Assembly: GCA_035650735.1 (NCBI GenBank)
Contig: DASRGZ010000017.1
Location: 1-64,000 of the forward strand
Origin: Chthonomonadaceae bacterium
Lineage (GTDB): Bacteria > Armatimonadota > Chthonomonadetes > Chthonomonadales > Chthonomonadaceae
Length of the DNA: 64,000 nt
Direction: 5' to 3'
Shown: in pieces, positions 1-8,620 of the stretch
Position numbering within the stretch: the first letter of the stretch is position 1
Layout: every line of letters begins with the position of its first letter
Position numbers and translations under genes: made by a program
Notes under the pieces: generated by a model
What the model saw: only the letters and a program-made list of their open reading frames with translations
Database searches by the model: none
What the model was told of the DNA's origin: nothing

Positions 1-137
1 CGCTTTAAGGCATCTCTTATGGCACAATAACGGGTGAGGTTGTCGCTCATTTTAGGTTCTCCAGTGTCTGTGGTAAGCACTAGAGTACCCAATGCGGCAA
101 CCTCTACGCCCTCCTTCCAAAAAGTGTACGGCAGTGA
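1..137 (-). mobile_element. Possible left end and first codons of an IS (IS4-like) transposase running off the window edge
   Basis: Minus-strand ATG at 50 with GGAG upstream reads MSDNLTRYCAIRDALK, which resembles N-termini I recall for IS4-type transposases. Lower-GC DNA, with a candidate end sequence TCACTGCCGTACAC starting at 137. Only 16 codons are visible. Confidence 0.3.
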
Positions 138-152
138 AGAAGGAGTTTAGAT

Positions 153-2027
153 TTACTTGCGTGCCGTTTCCTGGGCCGGCTCAGCGGTCAGCGCCAGGGC
201 CATCGTCGCCCAGCAGGTCGCGCTATAGGAGATGAACTGCGACTCTCCATGCGGAAAACCGGCATCGAAGTAGTTGTTGGCCGGGATGGCCCGTTTGTTG
301 ACGAACCAGGAGCCGTCCTCATCCTGGGTATTGAGCAGGAACCGGACGCCCCGCTGATACGCCGGGTCGGTGACGGAGACTTCGCCCGCCTGGTTGAGCG
401 CAAACAGGGCTTCGCCCGTAGCGTAAGCATCGCTGTGAAGCGAGGGCAGTTGCGCCCAGCCGCCATCGGGACGCTGTAGCGCCCGCAACTCCTCAATCGC
501 CTTCTGCCTCTCTGCCAGGCTGGCTCCGGCCCACTTCAAGCCCAGCAGCCGGAATGTTCTGTCCTCCGTGTTCCTGGCAGGCGTGGTCAGCAGCCACGTT
601 TTGGCGCGCGCCTTGCGTTCGGCGATCTCTGCGGTATGGTCCTTCGGCGCGTAGGCGTTCAGGATGCTCAGGGAGAGCGCCGTCACCGTGAAGTAGCTGG
701 ACTGGACCGGCACGCGTTGAATAATAAAACCCCAGTGCCCATCCGCCGCCTGCTGTTTCGCCAGCACCAGCGCGGAGGCCGCCAGCTTCTCATCGGCAGG
801 CCAGTTATGGGCGACCAGCCCGGAAAGGAAGAAGCTCAGGCCGGGGGTGAGTTCGCTGATCTCTACGCCCGGCAGGGTTTTGGCAACGTTGGGGTCCTGG
901 AGGGCCTTCCGCAGGATAGGATAGGCTCGCTCCTGCTCGGTATAGACCTTCTTTAGCTCGGACTGCGCGAGCGCCGTGTCTATGGCAAAGCCGTGCTGCT
1001 TGGCGATGGCCGTGACCATCAACCCCACTCCCTGATGGTGACAGGAGGTGCAGCCGGCGTTCTTAGCAAACGTCTTCGTGGCGCTTTGCAGCAGCGGCAG
1101 GCTCTTGCCAATGGCGGCGCGGGCCGTGAGCATCGGTAGGGGCGGCTCTCCCTTCTCGAAGGCCGCGCCCTTCGCCCGCAGCGCCTGTACGCACTCCTCG
1201 TAGCCACGGGTCGCCGCCAGCACCAGCGCCGTCTGGCCCCGGCTGTCCTTGATGTTCACATCGGCCCCGGCTTCCAGCAAGGGCTGGATCGTAGCGGCCT
1301 GCCCGTTGTAGCGCACCGCCAACAGCAGGGGCGTTCTGCCCTCTTGCTCCTGCGCGTTGACGTTGGCTCCCTTCTGCACCAGCAAGCGCACCAGGTCGGG
1401 ATAACCGTTGGCCGCGGCGTACATCAGGGCCGTCCACTTGCGGCTGTCGGCCAGGTCCACGCTCGCGCCCCGCTGGATCAGGAGGCGAGCCGCCTCCGTT
1501 TTGCCGGCGCGCACCGCGTACATCAGCGCGGTAGCGCCATCTACGTCGCGGGCGTTCACGCCCATCTTCTTGTCCAGCAGTTGCTGGAGGATGTCGGTGT
1601 AGCCGATGCGTGCGGCCAGCATGAGCGTCGTGATCTTGTCGCCACGCTTGGCGTTAACGTTGGCCCCACGGGCCAGCAGGAACCGGACGAACTTCGGCTG
1701 GTCGGCCTCAACCGCAAACGTCAGGGCCGTTCCGAAGGGGCTTTCGGCTTCCAGCTCGGCTCCGTTGGCCAGCAGTAGCCGGGCGCTCTCCACGTCCCCG
1801 ACGATCCCCGCGAACATCAGGGGCGTGAAGGACAGGAAGTTGCGCGCGTTCGGGTCGGCGTTCTTAGCCAGCAGGGCTTTGACCGCAGCGGCGTCTTTCC
1901 TGCCGACGGCCAGAAACAGGTCGGGGCCGAGGTCTTCCCGCTTCGGGGCGGCATAGCCTCGCATCCCGGACAGAGCCGCCATCAGTACTGCCAGACAGAG
2001 CAGTGTGAGGCTGATTTTGCGTTTCAT
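153..2027 (-). CDS. Exported ankyrin-repeat protein with CxxCH motif and C-terminal prenyltransferase/squalene-cyclase-like repeats
   Basis: Signal peptide MKRKISLTLLCLAVLMAALSG, about 8 ankyrin repeats (TPLMFA, TALMYA), GCTSCHHQ, and QW-like repeats (QRPDGGW, QDEDGSW). RBS AGAAAGGA. Confidence 0.85.
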   Translation of the reverse strand: MKRKISLTLLCLAVLMAALSGMRGYAAPKREDLGPDLFLAVGRKDAAAVKALLAKNADPNARNFLSFTPLMFAGIVGDVESARLLLANGAELEAESPFGTALTFAVEADQPKFVRFLLARGANVNAKRGDKITTLMLAARIGYTDILQQLLDKKMGVNARDVDGATALMYAVRAGKTEAARLLIQRGASVDLADSRKWTALMYAAANGYPDLVRLLVQKGANVNAQEQEGRTPLLLAVRYNGQAATIQPLLEAGADVNIKDSRGQTALVLAATRGYEECVQALRAKGAAFEKGEPPLPMLTARAAIGKSLPLLQSATKTFAKNAGCTSCHHQGVGLMVTAIAKQHGFAIDTALAQSELKKVYTEQERAYPILRKALQDPNVAKTLPGVEISELTPGLSFFLSGLVAHNWPADEKLAASALVLAKQQAADGHWGFIIQRVPVQSSYFTVTALSLSILNAYAPKDHTAEIAERKARAKTWLLTTPARNTEDRTFRLLGLKWAGASLAERQKAIEELRALQRPDGGWAQLPSLHSDAYATGEALFALNQAGEVSVTDPAYQRGVRFLLNTQDEDGSWFVNKRAIPANNYFDAGFPHGESQFISYSATCWATMALALTAEPAQETARK

Positions 2028-2092
2028 GGTCATCCTTTCTCTCGTTCTCCCTAACGACATGGCATTCCGTGCTTTGCGCTTTCCTGAATAAC

Positions 2093-2431
2093 TCAAAACC
2101 AAACATTCGCCTGGGGAGGCCGGTTATGCGGCACGTCATCGTGCCAGGGACGGCGACTCCACGCGCCCACGCCGACTCGCTGCATGACGCCAGAGGCCAG
2201 TGCGTAGGTGGCATGGGCCGCGCGCAGACGAGACAACTGGCTCAGCGAATCGGCACCGCAGTCCAACGCGGCCCTCTGGAGCGGCTGCCCGTCGGCATCT
2301 ACCGACTCCAATAGGGCGACCAACCGAGATAGCGCCTCCGCGCGCTGGCACGCCAGCGGGCGCGTTCGGCACTCTCCGCTCTCCACGCACGGGCGCTCCG
2401 GCGGTGCGATGGTTGATGTTATGGTCGTCAT
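2093..2431 (-). CDS. Hypothetical protein, Cys-containing N-terminus
   Basis: ORF with AAAGGAAG upstream of the ATG at 2431, co-oriented with the ankyrin gene. Confidence 0.5.
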   Translation of the reverse strand: MTTITSTIAPPERPCVESGECRTRPLACQRAEALSRLVALLESVDADGQPLQRAALDCGADSLSQLSRLRAAHATYALASGVMQRVGVGAWSRRPWHDDVPHNRPPQANVWF

Positions 2432-2536
2432 TGGCTCTCTTCCTTTCTGGACGCCGACCTTCACGCGGGCGCGAGAAGTGGCTATTACATTATTAAGCCT
2501 TTAGCCTTACGTGGCTGTGATGGATGTTACACGAGC

Positions 2537-2579
2537 ATTCTACAATGCCAACGTGACAGGAACGTAAGCAAAAACGTGA
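2537..2579 (-). promoter_or_regulatory. -10 box (TAGAAT) with three upstream direct repeats T(C/T)ACGTT
   Basis: Plus-strand AACGTGA/AACGTAA/AACGTGA at 2550, 2561 and 2573 (11-12 bp period). ATTCTA at 2537. Confidence 0.5.
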
Positions 2580-2754
2580 AATTCGCGTGCCGAACAGAAC
2601 TGGCCGTAAATTTTCCGGCCTCTCCTGTACCCCGTTCAGCCTCTGCATCCGTCTGGAAGCCTGCGTGCAGTATGTTTTAAAATACTCCTCCCGCGCCGCA
2701 AGCCGGGCGGGAGGAGAGAAGTTGTCCTTCCTTATGCGCCACTGTCCTGCAGGA

Positions 2755-3615
2755 TTAAAGCACGAAGGTCAGGATGCCCGCCCCGATCAGCGCCCCGGCC
2801 CAGAGCAGGTCGAGGTTGAGCCAGGCCCGGCGCAGGATGGCAAGACCGACCTTTTCGTAAACAGCGACGGCAATAACCGCCATCACCACAAACATCGCCA
2901 GCGTGTGCAGGAGGATCGCCGCCACGGCGGAAAGCGGCCCTGCCCCGCTCCGCATCGCCATCTGCTTTATCTGTGCATGACAGGCAGGCATCTGCGTGTC
3001 CGCTGCCGGTGCGGGATAGCTGCGGAGGGTCGCCCTGGCCTGCTCTTCCGATGAGGAGAACCGGACAGGGCTTAGCGTCGTTTTGTTTCCGGCTGCCCCG
3101 GCATGACAGGCGAGTTGCGTGCCGTCCGTTGTCTGGAAGGTGGTTGTTCCCTCGGCTTTCGGCTGGGTGAGTGTGGCAGGAACCACGCGCACCACGGGCT
3201 TGGAGCCGGACCGCAGTTGGAGGATAACCGGCACGACCATCAGCCCCGCGCCGCACGCCGTCGCCATCAGGAACGACCAGGCCGTCAACTGGCGGAAGCC
3301 AACTCGCATCCCTACCCAACGCGGACAGGACATCGGCACGATCAGTTTGTAGAGACCGAAGGCTATCAGCGTTCCGGCTCCGGCCCATCTCAGCAAGACG
3401 GACGAGACTGCCATCTGCAAGACTGCGATAAGCGCTACCACGACCGCGATGGAAGCGGCATGGCCCAGCGCAATCGGGACGAATGCACGCACGACCGCCG
3501 CCCGCGACCGCTCCTGAAGTCCCAGCGCGACGGCGAACAGCCAGCCCATGCCCGGATTGAGGCCGTGATAGACACCCAGCAGGATCAGGGTGATCCAGGG
3601 CCACATCTCTTTCAT
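2755..3615 (-). CDS. Conserved membrane protein typically encoded downstream of SBP56 genes
   Basis: Multi-TM protein with LGVYHGLNPGMGWLFAVALG motif. Start overlaps the SBP56 stop. Confidence 0.75.
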   Translation of the reverse strand: MKEMWPWITLILLGVYHGLNPGMGWLFAVALGLQERSRAAVVRAFVPIALGHAASIAVVVALIAVLQMAVSSVLLRWAGAGTLIAFGLYKLIVPMSCPRWVGMRVGFRQLTAWSFLMATACGAGLMVVPVILQLRSGSKPVVRVVPATLTQPKAEGTTTFQTTDGTQLACHAGAAGNKTTLSPVRFSSSEEQARATLRSYPAPAADTQMPACHAQIKQMAMRSGAGPLSAVAAILLHTLAMFVVMAVIAVAVYEKVGLAILRRAWLNLDLLWAGALIGAGILTFVL

Positions 3616-5041
3616 CACCCGCGCTCCTTTCGTGCGGGCTTGCTTCCGGTGTTCGGGTAACAGTAGGAATCTGAGGAAGCGTCGCCCCCCTGCAACCGAA
3701 TCTGGTGCGGGCGCTCGCTGCCAGAGTCCACGAAGAAATCGGGGTCGAGCGTCATGCCGCCTTCCGGCGAGACATTCATCTTGACGGCCCAGCCGCGAAT
3801 GCCCTCCGGGTAGAACTGCTTGTCCCACGCCAGATAGAGGGAGTTGGTCAGGTAGACCCGCTTTCCATCCCGGCTTATCTCCACCATCTGCGGGCCGCCG
3901 TGCAGTGGGCCGCTTTTCGGATGCGCCATCTTACGGACGATGCCGCCCAAATGCACGGAGCCGGTGAGCGCCGGGTGGAAGGGATCGGAGACATCGTACT
4001 GCCGCAGTTCCCCGGTTCCCCAGCAGGAGACATAGAGGAAGCGGTCGTCAAGCGAGAGGTTGATGTCTGTAATCAGCGGCGGCACGGCTCCGAAACCCTT
4101 CAGCAGCGGCGGCAGATCGTCGGCGTTCGCCGGTTCAGTGGGCACATCAATCACCTTGCGGATGGCCCATTTGCCGCTGTCTTCGCGGTACCACAGCCAG
4201 ATGGACGCGGAGAGGTCGTTCAGGCAGGTGACCACACCGGTAAAGCCGTAAGCCCGGTTAGGATCATGGGCGGGGCGCAGTTCCAGCACCATCTGGTACT
4301 CCGGTCCCATGTCCAATTCCTGAAGGTGGCGGCGGGTACGCAGGTCCCAGACGTGCACGCGATGCCCATATTGGCTGCTCAGGAGCAGTTCCGGGTTGAC
4401 TCCATCCTCAACCATACGGGGCGTTCCCCACTCACTGGTGAGCATGGTGTCATAGCCCAGATGCCACCAGAAGTCATAGGCAAGGAACTGCGACCCCGGT
4501 CAGCCTCCCACGGCCCTTTCACGTCAAAACTCGTATGGTCGAGCAGGAAGACGCCGCCCGGCCCTCCACCGTCCGGCGTTCCCAACGCGCCCATATAGAG
4601 GTCGTCCGGGCCGCAGTGGACGGTGTGCGGTCGGGTGTAGCCGGTTTTCTGGTGCAGCGTCTCCGGCTCGATGGTCTTGACGAGCCGCGGGCAGCGTGGA
4701 TCGGGCTTTGTGTCCAGCACATAGATGCGCGAGGAGCGCAGGCCAGGAACGATCAGGTAGCGCCGCTCCAGGTGCGGGTGCGGCATGGTCGGGCAGAGTG
4801 CGGCGCTGCACGCATTCTAGCCGAAGTGGTGCAGTTCATCGCCCCTATGGGGCATATCAAACCGCCCAACGACCTGGCTGTAGGTGGGGGATGCGGGATT
4901 CATGTCCATCACCGCCAGCGCATCGGGGCCGTCACCGTTCGCGTTAAGGACAGCGACATAAGCCAGTTCTTCGGTTGGCGCCTGCATCGCCATTTCGGGT
5001 GAAGGGTAAAAAGTCGGATCGGGTCTCATTCCGGTAATCAC
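3615..5041 (-). pseudogene. Selenium-binding protein SBP56 / methanethiol-oxidase-like, disrupted
   Basis: Motifs DPTFYPSP, ELHHFG*NACS (TAG at 4817-4819 in place of Trp), PHTVHC, YDFWWH, GGPQMVEIS and GGDASSD. 1-bp deletion near 4492. Confidence 0.9.
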
Positions 5042-5080
5042 TGTTTTTCTCCTATCCTTGTCGAGTAAGTCCTGTTTATG

Positions 5081-5497
5081 TCAAGCCTTCTGCGGCTGAA
5101 CTCTTTCCAGCATGCTCCCACATCCCGGGCGCGAGAAGATAGTACGTATCGCCAGTGCCAGCGACAGAGGCGCGCGCCGATTCCAGGGCATGAGGGATAG
5201 AATTCGGCCCAGCAGGCAGTAGTCGAAGAGGACGATTGCCGTTGTCCCCGCGAGTTGAACTCCATGCACAAAGCGGAGCGGTTCCCACACACCGAGCAGC
5301 AACAGGCCCAGAAAGGCCATGCGTATCTGCACCGAAAACGCCCGCGCGTCCCCTTCCAGAATCGCGTGGTGAACGACCTGCACGCCGGTGAGCGCGATAG
5401 CAAGCCAAAGGGCGACCGGCGATCTGAGGAAATGGGCAGCAAGAAGTCCGACGGTCGCCAGCCAGTACCACCAGCCCATCGTTCGTCTGGGCAACAT
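5081..5497 (-). CDS. Hypothetical integral membrane protein
   Basis: Hydrophobic ORF with WWYW and YCLLGRILSLMPWNR. RBS AAGGAG. Confidence 0.7.
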   Translation of the reverse strand: MLPRRTMGWWYWLATVGLLAAHFLRSPVALWLAIALTGVQVVHHAILEGDARAFSVQIRMAFLGLLLLGVWEPLRFVHGVQLAGTTAIVLFDYCLLGRILSLMPWNRRAPLSLALAIRTIFSRPGCGSMLERVQPQKA

Positions 5498-5558
5498 GGT
5501 CTCTTTCTCCTTTCCGTAATTGTGCCGTGTGCTCCTCATGGGGTTCCTCTGCTGCTTG

Positions 5559-5978
5559 TTATTTGCACCGGGACACGGTCACTTCCCAGCAGACACCATA
5601 GGGGTCCTCAAATATCAGGTGGGCGGGCGTCTCGACTTTGATCAGGCAGCCCAGTTCTTCCGCCTGTTCTCGCAGCCGACAGACTTCCGCGGCGTCGGCG
5701 CAGAGGCAGATATGGTTCAGGCGGCCCTGAGAGGCGTGCTCAGGCACGCCCCGGCACAGCGCCAGCCGGAATCCCTCGCATCCAAGCAGGCTGCACTGCA
5801 AGGGGATGCCTGCGGCTTCTGCTTCGTCCCACCCGGTATCTACCGGCAGGGCGCTCCAGCCTTCGTTCGGCGCTTCACGGCAAAGCACTTCCAGCCCGAA
5901 CAGGCAGGTGTAAAAGTTCTCGGCCTGTCGCAGCGACTCGACCGAAAGGGCGATGTGATCTATGCGCGTGAAGCTCAT
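5559..5978 (-). CDS. VOC/glyoxalase family protein
   Basis: IDHIALSV..AENFYTCLFGL and LNHICL..FEDPYGVCWEV. RBS AAGGAG. Confidence 0.85.
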   Translation of the reverse strand: MSFTRIDHIALSVESLRQAENFYTCLFGLEVLCREAPNEGWSALPVDTGWDEAEAAGIPLQCSLLGCEGFRLALCRGVPEHASQGRLNHICLCADAAEVCRLREQAEELGCLIKVETPAHLIFEDPYGVCWEVTVSRCK

Positions 5979-6063
5979 CCGATACTCCTTAACACAGAGA
6001 CCGCCAGGCGGCGGCTTGTGTCTCTATCCTTAGTTAGACGTTCTCTATGATTTTGTCAACCTG

Positions 6064-6145
6064 GGTAGACACTCCCAGCCGTGTCGATCAATCTCACGCA
6101 GCCTGCCGCTGAGGAGATACGTCCACACCGTTGGGAGGGATTACC
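6064..6145 (+). mobile_element. 82-bp MITE family 1, copy A
   Basis: Imperfect TIRs GGTAGACACTCCCAGC / GTTGGGAGGGATTACC. 8-bp TSD TCAACCTG at 6056-6063 and 6146-6153. Confidence 0.9.
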
Positions 6146-6153
6146 TCAACCTG

Positions 6154-6502
6154 AGAATAGGTCTGAAATGCGAATCGTCCGGGCCGTCACTGTGGGGGGA
6201 ACGCCGTCGGTCCCGCCACAGGAACGGCATCGCCCGGTAGTTGCGTTTATCGGGGGTATTCTACTAAGCCACCGTGACAGCAGCGCGAGGAGGATCGTGA
6301 AATGTGCGCGGCATGCGGTTTTTTTTGTCGCTTTTTGCGTCTGTGTTGGGGAAGCGGCAGCGCCGCAGGTTCTGCGAGAGATAGTAACGCGCTTCCCCAC
6401 GTTGGCGAAGCGTTCGCAGCGCCAAGACAACGCGGCGCAAGATCATCTGAGGCAACAAAAAGGCAGGGGAGTGTTGACCACTTCCCTGCCTTTTTATTTT
6501 TT
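6154..6502 (+). ncRNA. Candidate structured non-coding RNA of unknown class
   Basis: Long irregular hairpin 6154-6263, three-way junction 6333-6442 and a terminator. G-U pairs favour the + strand. No convincing ORF. Confidence 0.35.
6456..6502. terminator. Bidirectional intrinsic terminator
   Basis: AAAAAGGCAGGGGAGTG-ttgac-CACTTCCCTGCCTTTTT followed by a T tract. Confidence 0.85.
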
Positions 6503-6951
6503 ATCCACACTGGTTCGATTCAAGATTCCTTCTCCTATGAGAAGGTGGCGAACACGATTAACATAGTCTTGCGGGTCTTCGGTAGTGTCCTTCTACAGAG
6601 TTGATAAGGTCATCGGCGACGAAGTATCAACTCTCTATGGGTACACTACCGGGTCTTCTAACTTGGCAATTAGTTCCAAGTCTCCCAAGCATTGCCCGAT
6701 AGTCAATTTTCTCTTGGCGTAGATAATACCCGCGAAGAACTGGCCTTCTCGCTGGCGCCGGGCGCCTTCGATCAGGAAGTCGGCATCCCCGTAAAGAGAA
6801 CGCGGCCTAACGTTGTGGCCCGATCCAGGACTATGGGGTCATCTGTCCGCATGTGGCCGTCTTGCTGCGCGGTCAGGACATCCACCCCGCGCCGACGCAG
6901 TTGCCGGATGATGGCGCCGTCCACATTCTCGTCGGTGTAGAGGCGTATCAT
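6494..6951 (-). pseudogene. DUF5615/PIN-like toxin, frameshifted and MITE-interrupted
   Basis: MIRLYTDENVDGAIIRQLRRRGVDV...GRVLFT, then a 1-bp deletion near 6787, then DADFL...ELIAKLEDP. The 70-bp insertion precedes QDYVNRVRHL. Confidence 0.85.
6581..6650. mobile_element. 70-bp MITE family 2
   Basis: TIRs of about 26 bp (GGTAGTGT.....TA.AGAGTTGATA). 8-bp TSD GGGTCTTC at 6573-6580 and 6651-6658. Confidence 0.9.
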
Positions 6952-7290
6952 TCGGGGCGATGGTCCGCCTTCAGCTTCTGGGCGGCGCGTGCTCTTAGTG
7001 CCTCCAGTCTATAGGCGTCCCATATTCGGCCAGCAGTGCCTCCACTTCCTGTTCTTCCTGGGCAATCTCGGCGTCTATCGCTTCCTTGTGGCTGTAGTAG
7101 TAGGCCAGCGCCGCATGGATTTGTGCGAGGGAAAGATGCTCATGGGCCTCCTGTATCTCTTGCGGGCTATAACCGAAATGCTCCGCTTCGATGGCAATCT
7201 GACGAACTTTCATACGCGTATTCGCGATGTAGGCTATTCCGCGCTCATCCGTGCTGATTAAGTTGATAGGCGCAATAGTCTCATGGCCAT
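6948..7290 (-). pseudogene. DUF433 antitoxin, probably frameshifted at both ends
   Basis: Core IANTRMKVRQI...LSLAQIHAALAYY. The RBS-linked ATG at 7290 is out of frame by one base. An alternative C-terminal frame (EALRARAAQKLKADHRPE*) overlaps the toxin ATG. Confidence 0.75.
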
Positions 7291-7363
7291 AGTAGTGTTG
7301 CCTCTCTCGCACAATCAACAGCACTTTTGGCGTATCTCTGAAGTCTTACTCTCTTCAGATTTC

Positions 7364-7445
7364 GGTAATCGCTCCCAACGGTGTGGACGTATCTCCTCAG
7401 CAGCAGGCTGCGTGAGATTGATCCACACGGCTGGGAGTGTCTACC
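7364..7445 (-). mobile_element. 82-bp MITE family 1, copy B
   Basis: Near-identical to copy A. TSD CAGATTTC at 7356-7363 and 7446-7453. Confidence 0.9.
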
Positions 7446-7486
7446 CAGATTTCTCCTGGCTCTATTATAACACGGCGTCCTTGCCT

Positions 7487-8524
7487 TCAGGTGCGCAGCA
7501 GGCTGCGGAAGTAGTTGACACTGCGCCGCACGACGTCCCACTCCTCCGCCGCCACCGTCGCCGAGTCTGCGCCGCGCTCCCACGCGCTGGAGTAGGGCTC
7601 ATCGGCGGGACGGCCCTTCTCCCACAGCAGGCGTAGCGCGGGAACCAGCCGCGTGGCCGGAGTTGGCGGATAGCAGGCCCACCAATCCGGCTCTAACAAC
7701 GGGATGGTGCGTGTTGCCTGCGCCGCACTCTCGATGGCGGGCAGGACATCGTGCCCGTTCTGGCGCACGATGTCGAGAATGGCCGGAAAATCGATCACGC
7801 CGTCGCCCGCCGCGCAGCGCACCAGGCGATAGCCTTCGGGCGCGAAGTGGAGGGTATAGTCCTTCATGTGGACGTGCCGGATGAGAGGCGCGATGCGCTG
7901 GGCGTACTCCACCGGGTCTTCCCCGACGGCCAGCGGGTTGCCCGTGTCCAGCGTCACGCCGAACGCCGGGCTGTGCTGGACCTGCTCGGCCAGGCGCAGG
8001 AGGTCGTCGCTGGCGGCGTCCTGATGGTTTTCCACCGCGATGCAGACGCCCACCTCTTCCGCGTGCGGCAGCACCGCCCGCAATCGCTCGGCCAGCGCCG
8101 CCTGGTGCGCTTCCCAGCCCCCCGGCAGCTTGCGCCGGTCGCCGCACAGGACATGGCTTAGCGTCGCCCGCACGACGTTCGCTCCGGTCTTTGCCGCCAG
8201 CGTCAGGTAGTCGCGCAGATGCTCGGCGCTCGTATCCAGCAGCGCGCCGTAGTCGCCGACGACTTTCAGCCCGCGCGATTGCAACGCCTCGCCTAAGTCC
8301 GCTTCGACCTGCGCCGTCTGGACGCGCGCTCCGTCGAAGGAAGGCACCAGCGATTGCAGCGGAAACTCTACGCCCGCCAGTCCCAGCTCGCGCACGGCAC
8401 CCATCAGGCCCAGCGGCGTGAGCGGCTCAGGATAGCGCTCGCCGGATCGGGTCGGCAGGTAGCCCATCACATGGGGCAGGCTGTAGGCGCATAGCGCAAA
8501 AGGTAGCATTTCGGAAGGTATCAT
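7487..8524 (-). CDS. Sugar-phosphate isomerase/epimerase (xylose-isomerase-like TIM barrel)
   Basis: IAVENH, TLDTGN, HVHMKD and GDGVIDF motifs. Confidence 0.85.
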   Translation of the reverse strand: MIPSEMLPFALCAYSLPHVMGYLPTRSGERYPEPLTPLGLMGAVRELGLAGVEFPLQSLVPSFDGARVQTAQVEADLGEALQSRGLKVVGDYGALLDTSAEHLRDYLTLAAKTGANVVRATLSHVLCGDRRKLPGGWEAHQAALAERLRAVLPHAEEVGVCIAVENHQDAASDDLLRLAEQVQHSPAFGVTLDTGNPLAVGEDPVEYAQRIAPLIRHVHMKDYTLHFAPEGYRLVRCAAGDGVIDFPAILDIVRQNGHDVLPAIESAAQATRTIPLLEPDWWACYPPTPATRLVPALRLLWEKGRPADEPYSSAWERGADSATVAAEEWDVVRRSVNYFRSLLRT

Positions 8525-8620
8525 CGTCTCCTCGCAGCGTCGCAAAATTTAGGAGGGGGGAGCGCCCTGCCGCACGCATAACAGAGGCTTCCGGGTCACG
8601 GTGGCGCCTCGTCCCCCAAT

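Noticed and set aside
4817..4819. In-frame TAG in SBP56 as pyrrolysine or readthrough recoding
   Set aside because: It replaces a conserved Trp by a single TGG>TAG change, and the gene also has a frameshift, so pseudogenisation is simpler.
6064..6145. 82-nt repeat as a riboswitch
   Set aside because: Perfect 8-bp TSDs and unrelated downstream genes indicate a MITE.
6501..6509. DnaA boxes TTATCCACA (6501) and TGTGGATAA (57269) as an origin
   Set aside because: They are isolated single boxes with no cluster, unwinding element or dnaA context.
6297..6604. Small ORFs after AGGAGG at 6288 as a type I toxin
   Set aside because: Both frames run through the terminator and lack a clear single TM peptide.
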